This document shows, piece by piece, positions 16,941 through 26,428 of a stretch of 57,962 nt of DNA. The stretch's first letter is position 1. The number at the start of each line of letters is the position of its first letter. The translations under genes and the position numbers were made by a program. The notes beneath the pieces were generated by a model that ran no database searches, was not told where the DNA came from, and was given only the letters and a program-made list of their open reading frames with translations. This DNA comes from a virus (Duplodnaviria > Caudoviricetes): IMG/VR virus record IMGVR_UViG_3300032291_002754, positions 1-57,962 of that record. One strand, 5' to 3'.

Positions 16941-19315
16941 TACTGCGTGACCCCGGCAATCGTTACGCCGTAAAGAGCAACTCCGGACGCCACTTGCGAT
17001 CCGTCAAGGCCGACCGCCACATGCCTGTCGCCGCCGGCAGATCGGTCATCGAAGCGGCCCGAATACCTTGCCACCGCGTACCCAGTGCTGTCTGCGAGTG
17101 CAGAGCGCGTGCGGCTCATGTCCAGCACCGCAGCCGTAGAGCCTGTGGTGGTCTTGAAACCCTCGCCGCGGTCGGACACTACGGCGTTGGGGCTGGCGGC
17201 CGTGCTGCCGTTGTAGTTGACCGAGAGAGATAGGGGGGAAGACTCTTCCGTTGGCCGATACAGAACTCCCACATGGCGGGTGGGTTCATTGAGTACCGGG
17301 AAATTTCCTGTGCGAAACGCGAACGGGATGGGCGCGGCGGCGCCAGCATCCTGCGCCCCCTGTGCCGGTGTGTGCAGCGCGCCGCTGGAAGTGCCGTATA
17401 TCGCAGACTGCTGGCCTGCCAAGCTGGAGACGCAACCGGCGGTCATGCCCACAGAATACGTTTCCTCCCACCATGCCTTCGTAGTGACGCAATAGCACAG
17501 CGCACGTTTCGGAGAACCAGCGTCACCCACCTTGTGGTAAAACATCCGCACGGTCCTGGAGGCAGGCTCGCACTCCACAAAGAACTCTGCGCTCCGAGAG
17601 AAGTCGATGATGCGGTTCCTCCAGTAGTCATCTACGGCTACTGAAAGCGGCTCGGCGTTAGAGCCGTCGAATGCGTACAGGCCAAGAGAATCGGCCATGT
17701 ACAGCACACCCTCCATCGCGCACCAGCACTGGGCGTTAAGCAGGCCGCGGTGGCTCATGAGCGTGACGCTAGCGTCAATGACCGGCTGCGACACGTACAT
17801 GATGCGATACAGATGGCGCCTCTGGGCAACAACCAGCATCGAACCAAACGGGGCAAGTCCTACGATTGCGTCCTGTTCGCCGCTGTTCTCCTGCAAAACA
17901 ATTTCGTTGGTGTCCGGAACGGATTCCGGCTCATCAATCTCCGAGAACAGAAGGCTGTTTGGATTGTTGCCAGTGGTGTCGCCGGCATACCAAGCGCGGT
18001 CTTGGAATACAACGGCAAGAGACATGGTTGTCGGCGGCACTGTGAATCGCCGCGCGTTGAGTTGTCCGGACGGCAGGGTGATCGGCATGTACATGTACTC
18101 ATCGCGGTTGCGGTCGATGAGCATCGCATCCGACAGAGTGTCAACGTAGGTGGTAGGCAGGACTCCATCCACCTTGCTGAGTACCGCCACGCGGTAGAGA
18201 ACGACCGCTTGATCGGCCGACGTGCGGAACAACTCCACCTTGTCGGCGCGAACGTCCGCGCTGGAATTGCTCCAGTTCCAGGTAAAAGAAGTCGCTCCGT
18301 TGTCGGCAACAACCTCAACTAGTTCTGTGATGTTGGATGGAATCGGGCCACCTTCCGACTCGGGGGTGGTGTCGCGATAGCGAACAGCGCACCGATACTT
18401 GCCCAGCATGGGTGACCGCAGCCGCGCAATTGCAGCCGCAGGAGTGGGTACGGCCGTAACCGTGGGGATATCGTAAAAGAGTCCCGGGTTGACGATCTCA
18501 ACGCGGTCCAATGCGCCGCTGGTGGTGTTGGCATAGGCGTATGCCACGGCGCTCGCGGCAGGATTCGTCAGGGACGTGAATGTCAGCGGGATCTTCCCAG
18601 CAAACCCAGTCCCGCCGGAAGTGATGCTGATGGCCGACAGCGACCACTGCATGAAGCACGTACCGGCTGCGGATGTTCCGGTCGATCCAGTGATCGCCAC
18701 GGTCGCGCCCGTAGTGAATCCTGTGCCGCCGTACATTAAGTTGACAGAGGACACAGAATCGTTGTTCATGCTGTCCACGTAGACCGTGGCGACAGGGGTG
18801 TTGCTTGGGCCAAACCGCGCCGTCGCGCCATTCACATATCCCGTGCCGGCGTTTGTGATAACGACAGACTGAACTGAGCCGACCATTACAGGCACAAACG
18901 ATGCACCGGACGCCTGCCCACCGCTGAACACTACGGTTGGTGGAGACTGATACCCAGCGCCGCCGCCAAACACAATGACCCCATCAACGCCTTCGCCCTT
19001 CAGAGCCGCCCTTCCGGTCGCGGCAGTGGTTGCTGCACCCACAAACGTAACCGTGGGAGGCGTGTAGTACCCGTCTCCACGGGTTGTCATTTGAACGGAA
19101 GCGACTGTTTTGTAGGTGGACGTAGTCCCAGCGGCTGTCACCGAAACAGAGGATGGTGGCGTGATCCCAATCGGCTCTACGGCTGTGCTGGCGCCGTCCC
19201 ACCGAAACCCGCGACCGTATCCGTTCACGCCATAGATGTATCGGTGACGCCCCTTGAATACCGTGATAGGGGCGGTAGACGCCATGTTCACGCCAGTGAG
19301 TTGCGTCAGTTTCAT
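16940..19315 (-). CDS. Tail nozzle/stabilisation-like protein with inserted GxGY beta repeats
   Basis: FQDRAWYAG, LLFSEIDEPES, IVGLAPFGSML beta-propeller-like motifs; repeated (N/S)xGxGY/F segments. Confidence 0.7.
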   Translation of the reverse strand: MKLTQLTGVNMASTAPITVFKGRHRYIYGVNGYGRGFRWDGASTAVEPIGITPPSSVSVTAAGTTSTYKTVASVQMTTRGDGYYTPPTVTFVGAATTAATGRAALKGEGVDGVIVFGGGAGYQSPPTVVFSGGQASGASFVPVMVGSVQSVVITNAGTGYVNGATARFGPSNTPVATVYVDSMNNDSVSSVNLMYGGTGFTTGATVAITGSTGTSAAGTCFMQWSLSAISITSGGTGFAGKIPLTFTSLTNPAASAVAYAYANTTSGALDRVEIVNPGLFYDIPTVTAVPTPAAAIARLRSPMLGKYRCAVRYRDTTPESEGGPIPSNITELVEVVADNGATSFTWNWSNSSADVRADKVELFRTSADQAVVLYRVAVLSKVDGVLPTTYVDTLSDAMLIDRNRDEYMYMPITLPSGQLNARRFTVPPTTMSLAVVFQDRAWYAGDTTGNNPNSLLFSEIDEPESVPDTNEIVLQENSGEQDAIVGLAPFGSMLVVAQRRHLYRIMYVSQPVIDASVTLMSHRGLLNAQCWCAMEGVLYMADSLGLYAFDGSNAEPLSVAVDDYWRNRIIDFSRSAEFFVECEPASRTVRMFYHKVGDAGSPKRALCYCVTTKAWWEETYSVGMTAGCVSSLAGQQSAIYGTSSGALHTPAQGAQDAGAAAPIPFAFRTGNFPVLNEPTRHVGVLYRPTEESSPLSLSVNYNGSTAASPNAVVSDRGEGFKTTTGSTAAVLDMSRTRSALADSTGYAVARYSGRFDDRSAGGDRHVAVGLDGSQVASGVALYGVTIAGVTQ

Positions 19316-19584
19316 GACGATGCCCTCACAGCGTAGAGTTCGCCGGCCGCGTTCTGGTACAGGATGTTTTCGATGCCGCTCGCGGCCTGCACTCTCGCCA
19401 TGGCGCGGATGGGCCGCGTGTTGCCCTCGCTGCTAGCGTAGGAATGCGCGGTCATGGCGCTGCGCACGACAAGCTGACCGGGGGTCAAGACTTGCAGATT
19501 GACTTGCGTCACTGCCGCTCCAGGCGGTATTGCGTACGGGGAGGCATTGGTGACCAAGCCAGCCCACTTGTCGATGATGATCAT
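19312..19584 (-). CDS. Small tail protein resembling the N-terminus of nozzle proteins
   Basis: WAGLVTNASPYAIPPGA...N...GQLVVR; ATGA-coupled to the next gene. Confidence 0.6.
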   Translation of the reverse strand: MIIIDKWAGLVTNASPYAIPPGAAVTQVNLQVLTPGQLVVRSAMTAHSYASSEGNTRPIRAMARVQAASGIENILYQNAAGELYAVRASS

Positions 19585-20696
19585 TAGCCTTGGTCCGGCA
19601 TGATGGGGGAACGCCAGCCGAATGCGTCCCATATGATTCGCGACGGCGAGTACGCTGTGTGCAGGCTGTCCGACTCCATGGCGAGCCGCAAATCCCGCTG
19701 GTACAACTGCACTGCGCCTTCAAGTTTTTGCCCTCGCATGCGGGCCAGCCAGTATTCGCAGATGCTGTACAGCGCGTTCTCCATCCCTTGGGAAACGTCC
19801 GCGGGATCGGAGATGAGATACTTCACGCTGGACGCGGTGTACGCGGAATCCATTGTCAGCGATGTTGGGCTGGCAACGGCCGTCACGCGGGCCTCATGCA
19901 TCATCGGCGTCAATGAGGCGTCGTTTCCTGGGTGGTCGGATGCCGTGCCGAAACGGATGACAGAACCCACCATTGCGCTTGTGAAGGACGTGCCAACCCC
20001 AGTTACGGTTGTCCCGGCCGCGCTGACGGTGCCGGCTCGGTTCACGGTTTCATGCCCAGACCTCACCATGGGCCTTGGGGTTCTGCGGTAGGTGAAATCA
20101 AGCGTTTGGTACTGCCGCAAAACGCCGACAACACGCACTGCCCAGTGGCCTTTAAACGGGATGACAGACCAATAGGACGGCGGGTTGACCGTTGTCTGCG
20201 AGGCATCCAGTTTGTAGATGGCGTCTTGATCCACGTAGTGGTAGTGCGCCCAGCCAGTCTCATCGATTGGGGTGTTGAGGTTTCTGAAATCGGCTGGCAG
20301 GGGGTAGTCAATGCGATACACGCTGGCGGGATGCGCAGTTATGGCCGTACCGTCTGGAAAGGGCAGGGCGGCGTCCAGCGTCAAGACGGTATCGCTGACT
20401 CGCGCTGCAATCTTGGAGGTGACCAAGCCAATTCGGATGCGATAATCCGCCGCATCCGCAGGGAACGCTGGGCCGCTAACCTTGGTGACCGTCAGTCCGT
20501 TGACAGTCACAGTGCCGTTCCACTGGTCTTCAAACAGAATTCGGCAATTGGTGTAGTAGTGCTGCCAGTCCTTGATCCAAGACAACTCCCTGTACCCGCG
20601 CTGCACGGCGGCGCGGATGTCGCGCTGCTCGGCGTCTTGCGGGCCACCGAAAGAGCTTGTGATGAGGTGTTCGACTAGGTCGAAATACGTGATCAT
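19584..20696 (-). CDS. Head-tail adaptor (tail tubular A-like) with beta-rich insertions
   Basis: N-terminal helices, YPLPADF motif, C-terminal helix pair; inserted GTTVTGVGTSFT segments. Confidence 0.65.
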   Translation of the reverse strand: MITYFDLVEHLITSSFGGPQDAEQRDIRAAVQRGYRELSWIKDWQHYYTNCRILFEDQWNGTVTVNGLTVTKVSGPAFPADAADYRIRIGLVTSKIAARVSDTVLTLDAALPFPDGTAITAHPASVYRIDYPLPADFRNLNTPIDETGWAHYHYVDQDAIYKLDASQTTVNPPSYWSVIPFKGHWAVRVVGVLRQYQTLDFTYRRTPRPMVRSGHETVNRAGTVSAAGTTVTGVGTSFTSAMVGSVIRFGTASDHPGNDASLTPMMHEARVTAVASPTSLTMDSAYTASSVKYLISDPADVSQGMENALYSICEYWLARMRGQKLEGAVQLYQRDLRLAMESDSLHTAYSPSRIIWDAFGWRSPIMPDQG

Positions 20697-20761
20697 TTTC
20701 GGAGTGCCAGTACAAAAACGGCAACGCCTAGCAGAAGAAGGATGAGGTGTTCAAATCCCAT
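20693..20761 (-). CDS. 22 aa membrane peptide
   Basis: MGFEHLILLLLGVAVFVLALRK; RBS GAGGAG; ATGA overlap with the adaptor gene; not in the ORF track. Confidence 0.65.
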   Translation of the reverse strand: MGFEHLILLLLGVAVFVLALRK

Positions 20762-20779
20762 GGCAAATACTCCTCTCAA

Positions 20780-20788
20780 CTAGTGTCC
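20780..20788 (-). promoter_or_regulatory. GGACACTAG late-promoter-like motif
   Basis: Intergenic, about 20 bp upstream of ATG 20761. Confidence 0.55.
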
Positions 20789-20821
20789 TTCAGCCAGGGC
20801 CTTGGAAGCGTACGTCGGACC

Positions 20822-21082
20822 TTACGGGAGTCCCTGCAACACCGCCGCCGGGTCGGCCCCTAGCACCTCGCGTAGCCGTTCCTCTGCTTGGGCCTGCGTG
20901 TAGTCGCCCGCTGCGTCATAGTCCGCGCCGCTCCACAGCGTGACCCGCGTGGTCACTGGAATCAGCATGGCGTAGACCTTCTTGTCATCGGCAACGTCAA
21001 GCAGAGCGAAGCCGAACGCCTGCCTCGTCAGAGTCTGTCCGTTTCGGAGCCGAACGGTAATAGGAGATGGAAATACGAACAT
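20822..21082 (-). CDS. Small protein downstream of the tail fibre (chaperone-like)
   Basis: 86 aa; LWSGADYDAAGDYT; RBS AGAGGA. Confidence 0.65.
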   Translation of the reverse strand: MFVFPSPITVRLRNGQTLTRQAFGFALLDVADDKKVYAMLIPVTTRVTLWSGADYDAAGDYTQAQAEERLREVLGADPAAVLQGLP

Positions 21083-21125
21083 CTGGCATCCTCTCTAGGT
21101 TACTCGCACCCGCCAGGGCCGGTCA

Positions 21126-23249
21126 TCAGCAGCACGCTTCGTATGAAATAACTTCAAAATACTCGCCGCAATTTCCGTCCGCGTACACGGTGCCGTAGTC
21201 GCAGCCTTGGCACTCATCGCGGATGTAGGTTCCATAGGGTTCGCAGGATGGAGGTGCCGCCGGAAAGCAGAAGGTTGTGGCTGTGTTGGCTGGCGGTTGG
21301 GACGGAGGAGTGAACGGTCCGCAATACAAGCACGCTTTCGTGACTCTCAGGCCGTCCATGTAGCCGTCGAACTGCCAAAGACCGCTTGTTTCCAAATTTC
21401 CGACGAGCGATCCTTGAGGCTGAGACAGGCTTGCAAGCCAGTTGCCGCTGTCAACTATCTGGCCGTTCAGAAACAGTGTCGCATAGCCGCCGTTTCTCGT
21501 AACGGCAACGTGACACCACTGCCCTAGTGGGACTGCGGTTGAACTGAAAAGCGGGCTTCCGCCCACGTTTGCTTGATCTGCAATAAGAAACCCTGTGGAA
21601 TCAATCGCCAGCGCCAAACCGCCACCCGGCTGTCCGAAAATGCCGCCTTGCCCCGAGCCAACCCTGTGAATCCACGCTTCAACCGTGAAGTCTCCTGACC
21701 CGAGCGCAAGGTTAGGAGCATTCTGAAAGGTTATGTACGTCCCGCTGAATCTCGCAGCCCCGCTACCAAACTTTTTTTCCGTGCTGCTGATGGCGACGGC
21801 CCCCGCCGGGAATGATGCCTGCACGGCATCAATTCCATCATCTACGAACGACCCATCGAAGTTGAGCAACAGGCTGGCGGTATACGTTCCCGGTACGGGC
21901 GTTGCGGTAACGGAGAGCGGGGCAGCGGGAGGGGTAAATGGACCGGCGTATACTGCCAGACCCTTTACGAAGCGGAGATCATCGATGTGGCCTCCGACAG
22001 GCGAATCGCTGCCGTCACTGGCACTACCGATCTGAAGGGCGGCGCTCGCGTAGGTGACGTTGCACGGCGCGGCGTCACCGAGCGGAATGCCATCAACGAA
22101 CGCGCGAATTGCGTTCCCGTTGCGGCATACCGCTACGTGATACCACACGTTGGGCGACGGAACCCACGAACGAATCAACTGGTTTTCTAGTCGGTCGGAA
22201 ACGACAAGAGACTGATAGTTGTATTTGCCAGCATCGTAATAGATCGACAGCCCGCCGAACGTGCTGAAGTTCAGAATCGTCGCCGTGTCTTCCCCTGTCG
22301 GCGTGGCGTCAAACCGAACCCAGCACTCCGCTGTAAAACTTGAGTTACCCGGCGACAGCGAGTTTGGCGAAGCAACCGTCGCATAGTTTTCGCCACCGTC
22401 CGGGAAGTACCCCGCACCGCTGCCGAACTTCTTCGTCGCCGTGCTGATTGCGGCACTGCCAACTGAAGTGACTGTCACAGGACTTGGTGAAGAATCCGCG
22501 AACGACCCGTCGAAGTTGATCAGCAGGGACGCCTCCCTCTCCACCGGCACAGGCGTGGCGTAAGCAGAGAGCGGCGAGGCGGGCGGAATGAACGGGCCTT
22601 CGTAAACAGCCAGACCCTTTACAATTCTAACCTCATCAATGTAACCATTGGCAGTTGCATGATTAGGTAGCCCGCCAACTGCATGTGCGCCGGTTGGCGA
22701 TCTGAGGTTCACCGAAGACTGGTACTCATTCACCTTCTGTCCGTCAATAAAAAATCGGAATACGTTGCCGCTTCTGGTTGCCGCAAGGTGATACCACCGA
22801 TTCGCCTCCGGGAGCGGAACAAAACTCACATTTATCCAATAATTAGCGTCATAGCCTTGAGTCAGTAAGATTGCGCCCTCATTTGTCTGGCTCATTCGCA
22901 CTTGGGCGTAACTGACTTGATCGGCGTTGATTGCAATGATGTTGCTTCCAGTGACGAGGTCTAGCGGTCGCCACCAAAGTTCAACTGTCCAATCGCCAGA
23001 CTGAAGGTTCAAGACAGGCGAATCTTGCACCGTCAGGCACCCTTCTGCAACAAACGAAGCACTGCCAGAGCCATGCCTAAACTCTGTTGTGCTGATTGTG
23101 GCGTTTGACCCGGCAGATACTGCCAAATTATTGTTTGACGAGTCATTGAAGTTCCCGTCGAAGTGAAGGAGCAGGCTCGCGGGTGTGCCTGTCGGCGCAG
23201 CCGCAGCAGCGGCACGTTTGGGTCGCAGCCTTTTGGGCGACATGGCCAT
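21126..23249 (-). CDS. Tail fibre/receptor-binding protein with three LamG/ConA-like domains
   Basis: Three repeats of ASLLxxFDG...TxExW...WxHxAxxR...GxxDxxR; Cys-rich C-terminus. Confidence 0.88.
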   Translation of the reverse strand: MAMSPKRLRPKRAAAAAAPTGTPASLLLHFDGNFNDSSNNNLAVSAGSNATISTTEFRHGSGSASFVAEGCLTVQDSPVLNLQSGDWTVELWWRPLDLVTGSNIIAINADQVSYAQVRMSQTNEGAILLTQGYDANYWINVSFVPLPEANRWYHLAATRSGNVFRFFIDGQKVNEYQSSVNLRSPTGAHAVGGLPNHATANGYIDEVRIVKGLAVYEGPFIPPASPLSAYATPVPVEREASLLINFDGSFADSSPSPVTVTSVGSAAISTATKKFGSGAGYFPDGGENYATVASPNSLSPGNSSFTAECWVRFDATPTGEDTATILNFSTFGGLSIYYDAGKYNYQSLVVSDRLENQLIRSWVPSPNVWYHVAVCRNGNAIRAFVDGIPLGDAAPCNVTYASAALQIGSASDGSDSPVGGHIDDLRFVKGLAVYAGPFTPPAAPLSVTATPVPGTYTASLLLNFDGSFVDDGIDAVQASFPAGAVAISSTEKKFGSGAARFSGTYITFQNAPNLALGSGDFTVEAWIHRVGSGQGGIFGQPGGGLALAIDSTGFLIADQANVGGSPLFSSTAVPLGQWCHVAVTRNGGYATLFLNGQIVDSGNWLASLSQPQGSLVGNLETSGLWQFDGYMDGLRVTKACLYCGPFTPPSQPPANTATTFCFPAAPPSCEPYGTYIRDECQGCDYGTVYADGNCGEYFEVISYEACC

Positions 23250-23255
23250 ATGCCA

Positions 23256-23585
23256 CTAGCCCTTCAAAAAGACTGTGGCGTTGGCTGGCGTCCCTGCCGA
23301 TGCCGTGATGACAATGCACGGTACGCCGTAGCACTCATCCGGCAGTTGGACGCACACATTGGATGCAGTGGCTGACGCGGTGACGGCAGAACCGTCCGGC
23401 TTCGTCATCGGGAACACAGCGCCACCGGGCTGGACGGCCGCGTGAAACGTGAGAGTCGCAGACGTGCTGCCGGCCCAGAACACACTTCCGCCAGCGTATC
23501 GCTGCGATGGAATGACGCTGGTGGTCTGCGTACTTCCAGTGATTGTCACCACTTGGGTGGTGCAGTAGCGTTCGATTTCGATCAT
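23256..23585 (-). CDS. Small beta-rich virion protein
   Basis: Thr/Ser/Ala-rich 109 aa in the structural block. Confidence 0.6.
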   Translation of the reverse strand: MIEIERYCTTQVVTITGSTQTTSVIPSQRYAGGSVFWAGSTSATLTFHAAVQPGGAVFPMTKPDGSAVTASATASNVCVQLPDECYGVPCIVITASAGTPANATVFLKG

Positions 23586-24127
23586 TTGGCTTCCTTCCTC
23601 TTGGTTGGGTGTGCGTGTTTGCTGATCACCATTTCGCGAAGCTCTTCGCGCTTCTTGCCTGGGTGCAGTTTTTGATACCGCGCCACTTCCTCCTTGACGA
23701 TCCGTTCGTTGAGTACTTTTCTCTGCGGTGGAACTGGCGTTCCCTTGTGCGTTACTGCGCCATCCACTGTCAGATTGCGGTCGCGCGCCACCCGCAATAT
23801 GTCGCCTGTGCTGTCAACCCAAGCCGCAGGGTCTTTGAACCCCCTATGGTCGGCCAGACCGCCCACGTACACCTTGCCTGTAGGATTAATGCCCGCCGAC
23901 CGCGCTTGCGAAAGCATTCGCTTCGCTTGGAAATCGGGCATGTCATCTAGTTGCTGGTTGTTCAGCCGCCCCTCCATGAAGGCCCTGTCAGACCCACGCG
24001 TTCCAGGCGGCGTCTGGAGGGCGACCATGATTGCAAAACGCTCTGTTGCTCCGTTTGCCAGCGCGCTCTGGTAGATTCGGGCGGCGGCAGGGCCGGCGTC
24101 ACTGATTTCCCGGGGGAGGGGGTCCAT
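23582..24127 (-). CDS. Hypothetical protein downstream of portal
   Basis: Likely start MDPLP at 24127 (ORF is open to 24151). Confidence 0.7.
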   Translation of the reverse strand: MDPLPREISDAGPAAARIYQSALANGATERFAIMVALQTPPGTRGSDRAFMEGRLNNQQLDDMPDFQAKRMLSQARSAGINPTGKVYVGGLADHRGFKDPAAWVDSTGDILRVARDRNLTVDGAVTHKGTPVPPQRKVLNERIVKEEVARYQKLHPGKKREELREMVISKHAHPTKRKEAK

Positions 24128-26108
24128 CGGGCGGTCCTTGCGGAGGGCCATTTGGCGGTCCTTGTGGTGGTGCTGGGGGGGCTGGGGGAGGAAGCATGTA
24201 GCGCGTCACATCGATATCCATTGCTCGCCCCCAGTCCTCTATCAAAGCGTTCATCATTTCCGGTCGGCCGGCTTGGACGAGTCCTTGGGCGATTGGCATC
24301 ATCACTTGCATGCTCTGGTTAATCTGTTCGACCTTCGTACCCTTGTTGGGCTTGCGAGCGGAGCCAGCCTCAACGCGGTAGTCGAACTCGCGGACAATCT
24401 GGTCCGGCTGCATGACTTGGACGTGCATGCCCCAAGCCTGCGCCGCTATCGGCCCAAGCAGTGGCGCCACGTCCTGCGGCTTGACAAGCCACCTCGCCAA
24501 GAACGCCTCCTTGCGGGCCAGCATTCCCATGGCGTCTTCCAGCGTGTTGGCCATGTCATCGGGCCGTACGCTGATTTGCTCGGCCTTGACGTTGGCCTCC
24601 GCGGCACTGCGGAACTGGTTTCTCGTCATTCCATAGACGAGTTCAGTCAGGCCAACCCGCCGGTCAAACAGTTGCGTGACCTCGGAGACAATCGTCCACA
24701 ACTCGGCAGGGACGCCGGGGAGGTTGAAGACAGAAATAACGTCGTTGACGTTACGGCCGATTGCCTCGGAGATTTCAACAATCTTGAATCCGGCCTCGCT
24801 GGAGTCCAGGATTTTGGCCTTCAAATCTTGGTCAGCCGCCTTGCTGACGCCGATCATGGTGTGTGCGCTCGTCGCGATCTTGGTAGCGATGAACGACATG
24901 GCCCAGTTGATGAACCGCAGTTCACCAATCCCGGGCTTGATCAGCGAAATCGGGTAACTGTACCCCGGCTTGCCGTGGAACCAGAGCGGCGTCATCGGCC
25001 ATCCGCCGTTATCAACCCAGTACGGAATGGGCCACTGTGCGCGCTGGAACATGGATGGCGGGATACCGCTCTCATCCACTTCTTCCTCCAGCATCTGGGG
25101 AGGAATGTTGAGCGGGAACGGCACTCCCTCGCAAACGACCACATAGCAGTGGTCGCCAAGTGCTTGGAACTTGCCTTGCAGATCCCTGTCGGCGTCTTTC
25201 AGACGGTCGCCAAAGCCGCACTTGGAATACACTTCCCAATACGTGACGAGGTCGGCTGTCTGGCCGTTCTTTCGTTTGTTCTCATATCCGCGGTCGCGCG
25301 AGTGCGACCGGGATTCGTAACTCTCGGAGGTTCCTTTGAGATCCTCCATGGGGATTCCGAACCGCTGCGACACAAACGACTTCGGATGCACGCGCTTGCG
25401 AGCCAGCCATTTGATGTCGAAGTAATCGTCGGCATCTGGATCCCAGACCACATTGTCGAAGCTCTCATAGAAACTGCCGGGTACGCTCTGGCTAGAGCCT
25501 GGCGGTTGGTAGAGTTCCGTAAACCAGCACCCGCTGCCCTTGATGAGGGCCTCATCGACCACCTTCTTGGAGTGGGTCTTGAGGTCTAGTTCGACAGGCG
25601 TGTAGTTCAGATAGTCTTCCAAGAGACGGCTGATCAGTTTGCGCCTGTCAAACGCCAAGCCGGTTTGCTCTACCATTTGCTGGTATTGCTGCATGGCTGG
25701 GTCCGGCATCATGATCGGCTGGCCGTCTGGGCCAACAACAGGCTGGCCGTCCGGACCCATTTGCGGGATCGGTGGCTGGGGCATGATCCCCAGCATCGGC
25801 GGCGAGAACACTGGGTATTCGCGCGGGGTGACGGTGCGCGTCGGGTTACGGTGATAGATCACCGCCCCGAACAAACGCACCGCCTCCCACACCCGATTGA
25901 TCGTCATCCGGAAGGCCGGAGGGGCTAGCCCTTGAATGAACCCTTTCTCCCCGCGAACGTACTCGTTCCGGAACATCCAAGCGTTGTCGCCGTCATAGAA
26001 GTTCATCGCCTCTTCGGCGTCTTCTTGGAACGGTTTCTTGTGCTTGATGGCCAGATCGATCTTGTCCAGCCAAGACCGGACAATCGGACGCAGCGGGTGG
26101 GTTTCCAT
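24099..26108 (-). CDS. Portal protein
   Basis: 669 aa downstream of TerL; FYDG, WDPDA, Gln/Pro-rich C-terminus. Confidence 0.8.
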   Translation of the reverse strand: METHPLRPIVRSWLDKIDLAIKHKKPFQEDAEEAMNFYDGDNAWMFRNEYVRGEKGFIQGLAPPAFRMTINRVWEAVRLFGAVIYHRNPTRTVTPREYPVFSPPMLGIMPQPPIPQMGPDGQPVVGPDGQPIMMPDPAMQQYQQMVEQTGLAFDRRKLISRLLEDYLNYTPVELDLKTHSKKVVDEALIKGSGCWFTELYQPPGSSQSVPGSFYESFDNVVWDPDADDYFDIKWLARKRVHPKSFVSQRFGIPMEDLKGTSESYESRSHSRDRGYENKRKNGQTADLVTYWEVYSKCGFGDRLKDADRDLQGKFQALGDHCYVVVCEGVPFPLNIPPQMLEEEVDESGIPPSMFQRAQWPIPYWVDNGGWPMTPLWFHGKPGYSYPISLIKPGIGELRFINWAMSFIATKIATSAHTMIGVSKAADQDLKAKILDSSEAGFKIVEISEAIGRNVNDVISVFNLPGVPAELWTIVSEVTQLFDRRVGLTELVYGMTRNQFRSAAEANVKAEQISVRPDDMANTLEDAMGMLARKEAFLARWLVKPQDVAPLLGPIAAQAWGMHVQVMQPDQIVREFDYRVEAGSARKPNKGTKVEQINQSMQVMMPIAQGLVQAGRPEMMNALIEDWGRAMDIDVTRYMLPPPAPPAPPQGPPNGPPQGPPDGPPPPGNQ

Positions 26109-26428
26109 CACTTGCCCTTCTTAACGCCCAGGTCGCGCTCCAGAGCCGACAGCCGCTCCGAAAGCATCGCGATTTTGGGGTCACGCGGGCGATGCTCCCA
26201 CGTACCGTATTCCTTCCACTGGACGCTTTCTTGCAGCCGCGGATCGTCCGCGTGATGCACAGAAGTCTTCTCCACCCCGCCGTAGCCGGGTGAAAGCGCC
26301 CACAGTTCTAGTGTCTCTCGGCCGACTTTCGTCACAAAAGCCATGGACGCCTCGGCACCTTCATGCGCCCGAAACAGCACCGTATCGCCCAGATTCACAT
26401 CCGGCATTTTCCAAGCAGTCATGCTCAA
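26108..26428 (-). CDS. Hypothetical protein
   Basis: Tightly packed between TerL and portal. Confidence 0.75.
   Translation of the reverse strand: MSMTAWKMPDVNLGDTVLFRAHEGAEASMAFVTKVGRETLELWALSPGYGGVEKTSVHHADDPRLQESVQWKEYGTWEHRPRDPKIAMLSERLSALERDLGVKKGK

Noticed and set aside
21126-23249. Diversity-generating retroelement target
   Set aside because: There is no reverse transcriptase and no template/variable repeat pair; the repeats are diverged LamG domains
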